A stretch of DNA of 64,000 bases from assembly GCA_951406725.2 (NCBI GenBank), contig OX597842.1, positions 19,840,001-19,904,000 of the forward strand. The letters run 5' to 3'. Position numbers and translations under genes: made by a program. This document shows, piece after piece, positions 38,110 through 51,956 of the stretch. Source of the DNA: Octopus vulgaris. Its lineage: Eukaryota. The notes below the pieces were generated by a model. It was not told the DNA's origin. It searched no databases and saw only the letters and a program-made list of their open reading frames with translations. Numbering within the stretch: position 1 is the stretch's first letter; each line of letters opens with the position of its first letter.

Positions 38110-39217
38110 CTAATGAATGAGTCTGTGAGTGGTCAAGTGATCTATTTCAGAGAATGATTCACCACAGGTATCACAATGATGTGACTTCACCCCTGAATGA
38201 ATACCTTTGTGTCTACTTAAATGGTTCTTTTGAGTGAATGATTTACCACAGATATCACATTGATAAGGTTTCTCTCCCGTATGAATAACTTTGTGTGTCA
38301 CTAAGTTAACTCTCACAGAGAATGATTTACCACAGATATCACACTGATAAGGTTTCTCACCTGTATGAATAAGTTTGTGTGTAGTTAAGTTACCTTTCAA
38401 AGAAAATAATTTACCACAGATATCACACTGATAAGGTTTCTTGCCTGTATGAGTATGTCTGTGTTTAGCTAAGGCACCATTTCGAGAGAATGATTTACCG
38501 CAGATATCACACTGATATGGTTTCTCCCCTGTGTGAGTAAGTTTGTGTGTATCCAAGTTAAATTTCATGGAGAATGATTTACCACAGATATCACAGTGAT
38601 ATGGTTTCTCTCCTGTATGAATACGTCTGTGACAAGTTAAACCACTACAATTAGAAAATGATTTACCACAGATATCACAATGATATGGTTTATCGCCTGT
38701 ATGAATACGTTTATGTACAGTTACAGCACTTCTTCGAGCGAATGATTTATCACAAATATCACACTGATAAGGTTTCTCACCTGTATGAGTAAGTTTGTGT
38801 TTAGCTAAGTTAACTCTCATGGAGAATGACTTACCACAGATATCACAGTGATATGGTTTCTCACCTGTATGAATATGTTTATGTACAGTTACAGCACTTC
38901 TGCGAATGAATGATTTACTGCAGATATCACAATGATATGGTTTCTCTCGTGTATGAGTAAGTTTGTGTTTAGTTATGTGACAGTTTTGAGAGAATGATTT
39001 ACCACAGATATCATACTGATATAGTTTTTGCTCTGTGTGAATATTTCTGTTAATAGTTAGATTAAGTTTATTTTTAATATGATTTACCACAGATATCACA
39101 ATGATGTGGCTTCTCTCCTGTATGAGTAAATTTGTGAGTAGCTAAGTTAACTTTCACAGAGAATGATTTACCACAGATATCACAGTCATATACAGATTTT
39201 CCTCTTTCTTTTGGCAT
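38110..39217 (-). pseudogene. Paralogous C2H2 zinc-finger gene with 13 finger units and a +1 frameshift in finger 2
   Basis: Same N-terminus, last finger and flanks as 35349-36035, and 421 bp longer (5x84+1). Stop at 39074; fingers 2-3 are degenerate and ten intact fingers follow in the other frame. Confidence 0.75.
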
Positions 39218-39739
39218 CTCTGCAGCTAAAACTAACAAAACTCCAAGATTCTCACACAATTCCTCTTTCTGTAATTTTTTTTCTTCAACAAAATGGTCTG
39301 GAAATGTCCTTTCTTCTTGTTTCTATATTTTATTCCTAACAAATGTTACAACTGCCATATTTTTATCAAATATAAGCTTTGCTGATATCTTCAGATGTTG
39401 CAAATGCCTTTGTAAATTCATCCAAGTTTATTCGGAATACAAATTTAGATTTTACCCATTTCAGAGTGAATCCAAGAAATTTCACCAATAATGTCACCCA
39501 GAAGAAATATTTTACTGTAATTCACAGTTAATTTACATAAACAGGGTTCTTATATCCAGTTCTGTGTAACATCATCTTCAAAATATGATAAACATTGATG
39601 ACGCTTCTGCAGTAAAATTCCTCTAATGCCAATGTCCTCTGATATTCTGAAATAATAGAGAAACAACAGTTTAAGACAGAGTGTAGCTTTGGTTATGACA
39701 AAGGCTTGGGGTTCATTTATATACAACATTTATTGCCAC

Positions 39740-40097
39740 TGTTGTATTTAGGAATGGTCATTTTGCCAGTTTAGCCAATAAAAACACACGCACTATATAT
39801 TTGGTGTTATTTTGCTTCAGTGTTATTTATTTTTTACATTAATCTTAATCTTATTTCGGCCAGAGTTCTTTCGTCACACTCATCAGCTGACGGTTAGTAA
39901 GGAGAGACACACAAATAAGAAAGAAGAAAGCAAAGGACCACTGATGCGGTCACAGGAGTGTGATGAAAGAACTCTGGCCGAAAAAAGATTAGGATTAATG
40001 TAAAAAATAAATAACGTTGAAGCAAAGTAACACCAAATATATAGTGCGTGTGTTTTTATTGGCTAAACTGGCAAAATGACCATTCCGAAATACAACA
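39740..40097. mobile_element. Fold-back element with ~142-bp inverted arms and a ~74-bp spacer
   Basis: 39740-39881 is the near-perfect reverse complement of 39956-40097. Confidence 0.85.
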
Positions 40098-41218
40098 ATG
40101 TCTGTTTCAACACACAATTTCACATAAAAAATCTGGCAAAAGGCTTCAGAAAATACAGACTCAATCTTATATGAACATTGTATTTGAGAGGAGTACAAGG
40201 CCTTAAACAGATAACATTGTGTAACAAGATTTTGGGCCTTGGGTAGCAATTGTTATTTCCTACATGCTTACCCCTAGAAAGTGGAGGCGCAATGGCCCAG
40301 TGGAGTCAACAGATGATCAAGCAGCTTTGTATCGCCTTGAAAAGAGTCTAAAAACGGCCAGAGTTGGAAGAATCTCTCAATCATTTCGTAAGTACTGGAC
40401 CAACAGGATTTATTTCTTTGTATAAGGTTTGTTTGTTCCTTCTCGAGCCATGCCTGGCTCATAAGGGCCGGTTTCCCAGCTTCCTTGGCGAATAGGTTCC
40501 CCACCTGGATGGGACACCGGTCCGTCGCAGGTGAGCGGGTGAGAGAAAGATGTGGCGAAAGAGTGAGTAGAAGTTTCACCATTACCTTCTGCTGGAGCCG
40601 CGTGGAGCTTAGGTGTTTCGCTCATAAATACACACATCGCCCAGACTGATATTTGAACCCATGATCCCTCGACCGCGAGTCCACTACTCTAACCATGTGC
40701 CTCCACATATATATTTATATATATTCTTTGTCCCTTCTCGAGCCATGCCTGGCTCATAAGGGCCGGTTTCCTAGGCGTATAGGTTCCCCACCTGGAACCT
40801 ATACGCAGGTCTATCGAGGTGAGCTGCAAGATGCAGGAAGAATGAATAAGAGAAAGTTGTGGCGAAAGAGTCAGCAGAAGTTCGCCATTACCTTCTGCCG
40901 GAGCTTAGGTGTTTCGCTCATAAACACACACATCGGCCAGTCTGAGATTTGAACCCGCGATCCCTCAACTGCAAGTCTGCTGCTCTAACCACCAGGCCAT
41001 GTGCCTCCACTTTTGTATAAGGTGTAAAGGTGTTTTTTCCCCAAAGTTTACCCACAAGTTTTAATGATTTTAGCTTGTCCATCAATATATTAATTTTATC
41101 AAGCAGAACTTTCTGCCTGTCGAGATGAGCAGAAACAGCTAGATTGAATTAATGAGAGGCACATCCAATCAATGTTATTGATTGGTTGAAATTGCCAAAA
41201 ATTAACAAATTAAACGAC

Positions 41219-41657
41219 AAATATCTTACAAATTATAGAATTTTCTCAATAAAGCCAAGAGAAAAAGATGTTTTATAAACACATTCTACCAGTATACGAA
41301 GTTTAAAAGTGTTTAGTTACGTGGAAATTATTTTAAAAAACTGCCGGTCAAACCAAAAAGATCCCAAATATCTTACAAACTATAGAATTTTCTCAATAAA
41401 GCCAAGAGAAAAAGATGTTTTATAAACATATTCTACCAGTATACGAAGTTTAAAAGTGTTTAGTTACGTGGAAATTATTTTAAAAAACTGCCGGTCAAAC
41501 CGAAAAGATCCCAAATATCTTACAAACTATAGAATTTTCTCAATAAAGCCAAGAGAAAAGATGTTTTATAAACACATTCTACCAGTATACGAAGTTTAAA
41601 AGTGTTTAGTTACGTGGAAATTATTTTAAAAAACTGCCGGTCAAACGGAAAAGATCC
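41219..41657. repeat. 147-bp x3 tandem repeat of a MITE terminus
   Basis: AAATATCTTACAAA...GAAAAGATCC units start at ~41219, 41366 and 41513. Confidence 0.9.
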
Positions 41658-42685
41658 AGACATGTATTCCCTTACGGCTGATGTAGTTTAACTCTCTTTT
41701 TTTTCAAGGCTTGAGCACCAATTGAAGAATTCAAATTTGATGGCAAAGAATCCAAATTAAATTGAAAACGTCTGTGGCTGTGTGGTAAGTAGCTTGTTTA
41801 CCAACAACATGGTTCCGGGTTCAGTCTCTTGGTTTTATTGAGAAAATTCTAGAGTTTGTAAGATATTTGTTGTTTTTTTCTTCAATTTCTGCAATTTCAA
41901 CCAATCAATGACGTCTATTGAGGTGAAAACATTCTGTGCCGTATGAATATGTCCCTCGTTTAAGAAACAGATTGGGTTTATTTACATTTCTAAAGAAAAA
42001 AAGATGCCCTTTCCCCCAACCCTAACCCTAAATTAGATTGAAATGCAATAGATCGATACTAGGGTCATAATTATGGGTGACAATTTCATATGACACCGTT
42101 AGAAAAAACTGCCGTTCAAACCGAAAAGATCCAACAGATTAAATAAGAACAACACACAGTACCTGTTTCTGGTAAACCCCCCCCCCTTCATCATACTCTT
42201 AAAACATCGTTTTACGTTCTTCTAAAAACTTTCAACCGAATTTTTATGAACATTTGTTATAGGATAGGTAGTCGTTTTAGGATCGACTAGTCACGACTAA
42301 CTTGTGCGAGTGCGCGCACCGGGACCACTCTTCTTAAATAGTACCAACATCTTAGTTATTCCAATTTTTAAATTCGCATTTACATTGTGCGAGACCCTTC
42401 CGTGTATGGATTAAAACAATTATTTTCCTCCTTCAGTTTCTTTCCGATAATTTACTGAACACACAAAAAAAAAAGTTCAAGTGAATAATACTCTCTCTTT
42501 ACTTGCTTCAGTCATTTGACTGCGGCCACGCTGGAGCACAGCCTTTAATCGAGCAACTCGACTCCGGGACTTATTCTTTTGTAAGCCCAGTACTTATTCT
42601 ATCGGTCACTTTTGCCGAACCGCTAAGTAACGGGGACATAAACACACCAGCAATTCTCAAGCAATGTTAGGGGGACAAACACACA

Positions 42686-42737
<52 letters not shown>

Positions 42738-44107
42738 TACGACGGGCTTCTTTTCAGTTTCTGTCTACCAAATCCACTGACAAGGCTATAGTAGAAGACA
42801 CTTGCTCAAGGTGCCACGCAGTGGGACTGAACCCGAAACCATGTGGTTTTGGTGGGGACAAACAGACACACAAACACATATATATACACCAGCATCGGTT
42901 GTCAAGCAATGCTAGAGGGACAAACACAGTCACACACATATATATATACATCTATACGACAGGCTTCTTTTAGTTTCCGTCTACCAAATCCACTCACAAG
43001 GATTTGGTTGGCTCGAGGCTATAGTAGAAGACACTTGCCCAAGGTGCCACGCAGTGGGACTGAACCCGGAACCATGTGGTTGGTAAGCAAGCTACTTACC
43101 ACACGGCCACTCCTGCGCAATACTGACACATTAATGATAAATCTAGAGAGAGATGCCCAGCCAAGGTAGACAATGACAGAATAAATATAACACTTACGTA
43201 TTATATAATAGACCCAGTGTAGAGGAGGAAGATATCACACTAAATCCAAGGTGGACAATGACAGTAAGCAGGTAACATAGAGATCCAGCAAGGAACAAGT
43301 CGCAGTACGTTCAAGCAAGTCAGAAATTAAACCGAGGTCGACTTTGCCTTTCATCCTTTCGGGGTCGATTAAATAAGTACCAGTTACGTACTGGTGTCGA
43401 TATAATCGACTTAATCTGTCTGTCTGTCCTTGTTTGTCCCCTCTGTGTTTAGCCCCTGGTGGGTAGCAAAGAAATAGGTATATAGGATCCGGCAACGAAG
43501 TCGCAGAACGTTGAGGCAGTCAGAACTTTAGCCAAGGAAGCGAATGATGGCTTCGTAAGAAATTCTAGGTTTTACCATGAATGCTGAATTATATTTTTAA
43601 GATCAACGTAGTAAAGAATGCAGGAGATAAATTATTGATATTGTTAATTAGCAATCACGTCTATTAAATTAAATGTTGGCTAATTATCTGTTAAACGAAC
43701 GAGACAAGTAATAATGTAGGCGAGGGTCCATCAACGGCAGGGAATGAAAAATATTGCGGGAAAACGTACAATGGGGAAGTAACTCTGCATTTAGAGAATT
43801 CTTTAATTCACACCTGGGGTTATTTCGAGTTCAGTTAAAATATCAGTTACACGTGGTAGTCCTGGGACTTTTTTTTTGGGGGGGGGGTATTGCCCACAAG
43901 GGGCTAAATATAGAGGTTCGGATCTTTTCGGTTTGAACGGCAGTTTTTTCCTAGCGGTGTCATATGAAATTGTCACCCACAATTATGAGCCTAGTATCGA
44001 TCTATTGCATTTCACTTTTTTGTTAGGGTTAGGGTTAGGGGTGGGGGAAGGGTATCTTTTTTTTCTTCAGAAATGTAAATAAACCCAATCTGTTTCTTAA
44101 ACGAGGG

Positions 44108-44344
44108 ACATATGTATATATACATATACATATATATATACATATATACTGGGATAATTGCTTAGTATACATATATATATATACATGTACATATATATAC
44201 ACACACATATATATATATATATACACACACATATATATATATATATACACACATATATATATATACATGTATATATATATACATATATATATATACACAC
44301 ATATATATATATATATATATTTACATATACACATATATATATAC

Positions 44345-44377
<33 letters not shown>

Positions 44378-44860
44378 CATATATGCATACATATATATAT
44401 ATATATACGTACATATATGTATACATATATATATATACATATACTTATATATGTATACATATATGCATACATATATATATACGTACATATATGTATACAT
44501 ATATATATATACATATACATATACTTACATATATATGTATACATATATATATATACATATACATATACTTACATATATATGTATACATATATATATATAC
44601 ATATATATATACATACATATATATGTATACATATACATATATATATATATATATACATATACATACATATATATATACATACATATATATGTATACATAT
44701 ACATATATATATATATATACATATACATACATATATATATATACATACATATGTATACATACATATGTATACATGTATATATATACATATATATATATAT
44801 ATCATCATCATCATCATCATGATGATATATATATATATGTATATATATACATGTATATAT

Positions 44861-44925
<65 letters not shown>

Positions 44926-44954
44926 CATATATATGTATACATGTATATATATAC

Positions 44955-44990
<36 letters not shown>
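44108..44990. repeat. Compound (TA)/(TACA)/(TATG) microsatellite, ~0.9 kb
   Basis: Almost pure alternating purine-pyrimidine sequence with a short (CAT)n(GAT)n core at ~44801-44826. Confidence 0.97.
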
Positions 44991-44992
<2 letters not shown>

Positions 44993-45192
44993 CATTTGCC
45001 AGCGTCGTGTGGCACGTAAAAAGCACCCACTACACTCATGGAGTGGTTGGCGTTAGGAAGGGCATCCAGCCATAGAAACATTGCCAAATCAGACTGGGCC
45101 TGGTGCAGCCTTCTGGCTTCCCAGACCCCAGTTGCACCATTCAACCCATGCTAGCATGGAAAGCGGACGCTAAATGATGATGATGATGATGA

Positions 45193-45250
<58 letters not shown>

Positions 45251-45788
45251 AATGTATATCTGAACCACACTGTTCCAACATGGCCTGGCAGAAGTGTTCA
45301 GGTTTTTTACTTTTACCCAGGAGCAGATAGGTCAATTACATCAGACACCATTGTTCAATTAGTAATTATTTCATTGATCCCAGAAAGATGGAAGGCAAAG
45401 TCGACCTTGGCAGGATATGAACCCAGAATGTAAAGACAGATGAAATTCTGATATTTGATGAGATATCCGACCTCTGCGAATTTCTTAAGATCCCCCACCC
45501 ACCCTCCACACAAACGCACGCAAACACATATTTTCTACATTGTGGTTTTGAGACTTTTTTAATACTGATTAGAGATCAATAACTGTTTTATGTTGTCGAG
45601 TAAATCAGAATTTGTTGTCTGAAGACATAGAAATAGAATCGAACAAAATATTCAGCACAAACAAAATCCTGGTGTCTGAAATCGAATGAGATATTTCTGT
45701 TTATGAAAGTGAAAGTAATTCAGACAATAACTCGGTGACAAAGAAAACGAACTTGTATCTGACTGTAACAAATGTTTGAATACTGTTT

Positions 45789-46910
45789 AGGAGCGGCTGT
45801 GTGGTAAGTAGCTTGCTTACCAAACACATGGTTCCAGGTTCAGTCCCACTGCATGGCACCTTGGGCAAATGTCTTATACTATAGCCTCAGGCCAACCAAA
45901 GCCTTGTGAGTGGATTTGGTAGACGGAAACTGAAAGAAGCCCATCGTATGTATATATATATATATAGGTGTAGGAGCGGCTGTGTGGTAAGTAGCTTGGT
46001 TACCAACCACATGGTTCCGGGTTCAGTCCCACTGCGTGGCACCTTGGGCAAATATCTTCTACTATAGCCTCGGGCCGACCAAAGCTTTGTGAGTGGATTT
46101 GGTAGACGGAAACTGAAAGAAGCCCATCGTATGTATATATATATATAGGTGTAGGAGCGGCTGTGTGGTAAGTAGCTTGGTTACCAACCACATGGTTCCG
46201 GGTTCAGTCCCACTGCATGGCACCTTGGGCAAGTGTCTTCTACTATAGCCTCGGGACGACCAAAGCCTTGTGAGTGGATTTGGTAGACGGAAACTGAAAG
46301 AAGCCCATCGTATGTATATATATATATAGGTGTAGGAGCGGCTGTGTGGTAAGTAGCTTGGTTACCAACCACATGGTTCCGGGTTCAGTCCCACTGCATG
46401 GCACCTTGGGCAAGTGTCTTCTACTATAGCCTCGGGACGACCAAAGCCTTGTGAGTGGATTTGGTAGACGGAAACTGAAAGAAGCCCATCGTATGTATAT
46501 ATATATATAGGTGTAGGAGCGGCTGTGTGGTAAGTAGCTTGGTTACCAACCACATGGTTCCGGGTTCAGTCCCACTGCATGGCACCTTGGGCAAGTGTCT
46601 TCTACTATAGCCTCGGGACGACCAAAGCCTTGTGAGTGGATTTGGTAGACGGAAACTGAAAGAAGCCTGTTGTATATATGTATATATATATATATATGAT
46701 TGTGCGTGTTTGTGTTTGTCCCCCTAGCATTGCTTGACAACCGATGCTGGTGTGTTTATGTCCCCGTGACTTAGCGGTTCGGTAAAAGTGGACCAATAGA
46801 ATAAGTACTGGGCTTACAAAGAATAAGTCCCAGGGTCGAGTTGCTCGATTAAAGGCAGTGCTCCAGCATGGCCGCAGTCAAATGACTGACACAAGTAAAA
46901 AGAGAAAAGA
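45789..46910 (+). repeat. Head-to-tail array of five SINE-1 5' halves (181-bp period); the last copy runs into a full SINE tail
   Basis: AGGAGCGGCTGTGTGGTAAG at ~45789, 45972, 46153, 46334 and 46515. Confidence 0.92.
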
Positions 46911-46911
46911 G

Positions 46912-47620
46912 ATTGGACCTAGTCACAGTGATTTCCAGGAGACAAAACCATTTGACCTTCTTTTATTTTTCCCTCCTAGTTTGTTGGAAGCGATTACTGT
47001 GCAGAACCATTGCTACACAGAATATAAGCAATGTGGTAGAAAGGACCATTTCTGGCCACCCACATGCTTAGATGAAATCCAAGCATTTTCTGCTATAAAT
47101 ATAATAATGAGAATAAGCAAGTTACCCAGAATAGCAAACGATTGGAGCAGCGAAGAAGCTTTTAGTGACTTTCATGTTTCCAGTATCATGATAGAGACAG
47201 GATTTTTAAAACTGTCACAATACCTACACTGAAGACACTAGTAGTGGGCCAGTAGGTGGAGAACCAAACTGGTCCCTTATTTAAAATAAGACCTTCATCA
47301 TAATGCTTATAAATGAGTCTCTAACCATAAGATACTTTTATCTTGTTTCACTTTCATTTTCAAAGAGTACTCATTTGTTTTTGTTTATATGTTAATATAA
47401 TAGTTTTAGCCATTTTCTATACTTTTTATGACTTTAGATGTGTTCTTAAGCAATACTATTACCAAAAACCATATTCTGATATACCCTCATAAATGCCTAG
47501 CCATTTATGAGGGTAGGGTGAGGTACAAAGACAGAGTATGTTTCCCACAGTACATGCTTGGCAAAATAGCAAATGGCTGATCAAAGTTTGCAAGATCTGT
47601 GAAGTCAATTCCTAAACAGG
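46912..47620 (+). pseudogene. Decayed piggyBac-family (PGBD-like) transposase fragment
   Basis: PFDLLLFFPPSLLEAI...DEIQAFSAINIIM...DWSS...IM...FLKLSQYLH, then LFKIRP and FPQYM.GK remnants; stops and frameshifts present. Confidence 0.65.
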
Positions 47621-50049
47621 GAAAATTGTGGGTTCAATTCCTAAACAGGGAAAAGGGGACACTACTGTAAGCTAAATGGCCCTTAAAACATGCACCAATT
47701 TTGTTTCTTTACTTGTATAATCACAATCGTACGATTATGCAAAAAAAAATATTCCTAAAAATATAGAAGTTACGAGAAGTTATATGCTGAGCTTAAGGCA
47801 AACTTTTGCCATATTTTCTCTGCAAAACTACTTAAAAATGTCTTCCAATGGCTTTATGATAAAATATTAACCCACTGGTGGGGTAGTTCTGTATTTTTTC
47901 GTGATTAATGCAGTGGGGTATGGAGAACCCCATTAATAGTTTTAGCCATTTTTTTTAGTACTTTTTATGACTTTAGATGTGTTCCTAAGCAATAATATTA
48001 CCAAAAACTGTATTCTAGAAGCAATGTTATAAATCCTAATTCATTCCCAGAAAAATATTTTACCTCTAAAATTTATAAAACTTGTAAATAAATGACATCA
48101 CAGTGTGTCAGTAGAGATAGTGTTAGTTGAAGGCTGCAAAACCTGCCACACACACAGACAACTTCAGCTTTATATATATAGATATATCGTGCAATGCCAC
48201 TCCCTGTAAGAAGCATTTGTGCCAGTTCATGTAAAAAGCACACATGCTGATCCATGTGGTTATTCAACTTACTCCTTCCCCTGAAATTGCTGGCCTTGTG
48301 CCAAAATAATGTCAAATACAATAATGCCTTGATATATGAGTTAATTTCTTCCTGGAGATTGCTCCTAAAGGGAAAACTCATAAAGCAAAGCAATAATTTC
48401 CCATAGAAGCAATGTTATAAATTGTAATTCATTCCCAGAAAAATATTTTACCAATAAAATTTATAATACTTGTAAATAAATGACAATAAAACAACAGTAG
48501 AATGTAAAGAATATTTTATGTAAAGTCAAAAACAATGTCAAGATCATTTAGAATAGACAAAACATATATAATTGTTTTCTGAATCACTTTGAAAAGACTC
48601 AGGGACACCATCATTTGTAGACGTGACAACTGATTCACAAGCAAAGAAACTTGCAAAGTTCTCTGCAAAACTATTTTAAAATGTCTTCCAATGGCTTTAT
48701 GATGAACCATCTTAACCCACTGGTGGGGTAGTTCTGTATTTTTCATCATTGGTGTGGTTGGGGTATGGAGAACCCCATTAATAGTTTTAGCTTATTTTTT
48801 AATATTTTCTATGATTTTGATGTGTTCCTAAGCAATAATATTACCAAAAACCATATTCTGATATAATGTGTTTAACATGTAAACAAAAACGAGCGAGTAC
48901 TCTTTGAAAATGAAAGTGAAACTAGATAAAAGTATCTTATGGAGGGGAGAGTGGTCCTTTCATATTCACTGTTTACTCATTGTTTGCACTCTCATCCTCA
49001 TCACTCTGAGCAAAGAAGTCGATGCAGATGTGCATCGCATGTTGCAAGCAGATTGGCTTGGAGAACTTTTGGAAGAAATTTCTTGTTTTGTGATCTTTTG
49101 ACCTGGAGCATAATGACCATCTTTGTATGAAATCTTCATGATAACATCATCATCATCATCGTTTAACGTCCGCTTTCCATGCTAGCATGGGTTGGACGGT
49201 TCAACTGGGGTCTGGGAAGCCAGAAGGCTGTGCCAGGCCCAGTCTGATCTGGCAGTGTTTCTATGGCTGGATGCCCTTCCTAACGACAACCACTCCATGA
49301 GTGTAGTGGGTGCTTTTTACGTGTCACCGGCACAGGTGCCAGGGGAGGCTGGTAACAGCCACGATCAGATGGTGCTTTTTACATGCCATCTTGGAGGTAA
49401 TTCTTTAGATGCTGAGAAATGTCGAATCTTATTTTCCATGTCTTTCCTCAAATATGGATGGGTTTTGTCTTGCAATGATGAATTTGGTCCTCCACCAACT
49501 TCAGTCCCGATTCCCTCAGAAACTTTCAGACCCCTGATAGCTGTTTGAGGGTTTGCCATGAACATATTGTATGCATTTATTCCTGCAACATTGAGTATGG
49601 TGAAGAAAACTGTAACTGGCCAGCATCGAGTATTTCTGGAAACATCGTACATGGAACACAATTGATCCACCACGGGTCCAACCCCTCCTTTAGTAATGTT
49701 GTAGAAGGTTCTAATCTCTGCTTTTCTTTTTTCTTTCGTACTTACATCAATTGCAGCATCATGATGCATTGTACTCCATAGGACGACAATTTTACCTTTC
49801 GTGGGAACATATGGGGTCAGTGTAACATCCTTCTGGAAACCAAACAAGCTTGTATATTCAGTTCTGCCTCTTGTGGCAACAAACTGAGGGGGAAGTTCTA
49901 TCTTGTTCTTTCTGAAAGGGTCAACAAATGTTAATCTATAATTCTCCAAGAGATTAACTCTAAATCCATAACTTGTAAACCAATTATCCATGGTAATATT
50001 TCTTCCAGACCCTTTTATATGAGACCCCAACCATTTTACCACTGCTGCT

Positions 50050-50417
50050 GTTGCTGTTGAGTGTAGCGATCTTCGTCCCTGTGGGAGAAGTCCGAAACGT
50101 GGTCCTTTGCTATTCGTAAGACCCGCAGGAGAGAAAGCAGGTCAACCCCCGACACTGAGAGCATCGACGGATGGATGAATGCGCATCCAGGCTCAGTGGT
50201 TGCGTAGGAAGTCGGGGACAAGAAACAGGAAGAAAAGGTGAGAGAAAGTTGGGGCGAAAGAGTACAACAGGGGTCGCCACTACCCCTTGCTGGAGCCTCA
50301 TGGAGCTTTAGGTGTTTTTCGCTCAATAAACACATACAACGCCTGGTCTGGAAATCAAAACCGCGATCCTCTGACCACGAGTCCGCTGCCCTAACCATTG
50401 GGCCATTGCGCCTGCAC
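50050..50417 (-). mobile_element. SINE-2 insertion with a 13-bp target-site duplication
   Basis: TACCACTGCTGCT at 50037-50049 and 50418-50430 flanks the SINE; removing it restores the transposase frame. Confidence 0.85.
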
Positions 50418-50871
50418 TACCACTGCTGCTCCTGAATTACCTATAGAAGGGCCTTCTGCTTGTTTCCCCAAGTAGACCTCCATATATGATGCATAGAAAG
50501 TTTTAGCATCGGCCAAAAGAAAAAATTTTTATGCCATATTTTGCTGGTTTAAAATGGATAGTTCTCTGTAAAGGCAGCCAACATTTCATCTACTCTCGCA
50601 TACACTGAGACATTATAATTCAAGATACACTTAGCCATAAATTTCTCAAAGGACTTTCTAAAAGGTGCAATCTTATCCTCTCGCCTCCTTTCAGCTCAGG
50701 TATGGATGTCATCAAACCTCAGAGACCTCAGCAAGAAATGAAACTTCTGCAAAGATATAGTTGCTGGAAAAATTTTAATTCCTGTACCGTCCGTTGCCCA
50801 AACATCTTCCATATTCGTTTGGTTGCCTGTAAAACTCCCAACAGATAAAGAAGTCCTATTGTAGCTTTCAT

Positions 50872-51956
50872 TACTCTTTTACTTGTTTCAGTCATTTGAC
50901 TGCGGCCATGCTGGAGCACCGCCTTTTAGTCGAGCAAATCGACCCCAGGACTTATTCTTTGTAAGCCTCGTACTTATTCTATCGGTCTCTTTTGCCGAAC
51001 TGCTAAGTTACGGGGATGTAATCACACCAGCATCGGTTGTCAAGTGATGTTGGGGGCACAAACATAGACACACAAACACACACGTTTATATACATATATA
51101 CGACGGGCTTCTTTCAGTTTCCGTCTATCAAATCCACTCACAAGGCTTTGGTTGGCCCCAGGCTATAGTAGAAGACACTTGCCCAAGATGCCACGCAGTG
51201 GGACTGAACCCAGAACTATGTGGTTGGTAAGCAAGCTACTTACCACACAGCCACTACTACGCCTACATATATACGACGGGCTTCTTTCAGTTTCCGTCTA
51301 CAAAATCCACTCACAAGGCTTTGGTTGGCCTGAGGCTATAGTAGAAGACACTTGCCCAAGATACCATGCAGTGGGACTGAACCCGGAACCATGTGGTTGG
51401 TAAGCAAGCTACTTACCACACAGCCACTCCTACGCCTACATATATACGACGGGCTTCTTTCAGTTTCCGTCTATCAAATCCACTCACAAGGCTTTGGTTG
51501 GCCTGAGGCTATAGTAGAAGACACTTGCCCAAGATGACACGCAGTGGGACTGAACCCGGAACTATGTGGTTGGTAAGCAAGCTACTTACCACACAGCCAC
51601 TCCTATGCCTACATATATACGACGGGCTTCTTTCAGTTTACGTCTATCATATCCACTCACAAGGCTTTGGTTGGCCCCAGGCTATAGTAGAAGAAACTCG
51701 CCCAAGATGCCACGCAGTGGGACTGAACCCGGAACTATGTGGTTGGTAAGCAAGCTACTTACCACACAGCCACTCCTATGCCTACATATATACGACGGGC
51801 TTCTTTCAGTTTACGTCTATCAAATCCACTCACAAGGCTTTGGTTGGCCCCAGGCTATAGTAGAAGACACTCGCCCAAGATGCCAGGCAGTGGGACTGAA
51901 CCCGGAACCATGTGGTTGGTAAGCAAGCTACTTACCACACAGCCACTCCTGCACCT
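50872..51956 (-). repeat. SINE-1 with five tandem 5' halves (173-bp period)
   Basis: GACGGGCTTCTTTCAG units at ~51102, 51275, 51448, 51621 and 51794. Confidence 0.92.

Noticed and set aside
44020-44045. (TTAGGG)3 telomere-like repeat
   Set aside because: Internal motif of a dispersed MITE, seen in several copies; not a telomere.
44035-45144. Long Y/I/H/M-rich ORFs
   Set aside because: Stop-free frames of a TA-type microsatellite; the same applies at 8763-9079.
45789-46680. Regular repeats resembling a CRISPR array or tRNA gene cluster
   Set aside because: No unique spacers, eukaryotic context, and the heads do not form complete cloverleaves; they are SINE fragments.
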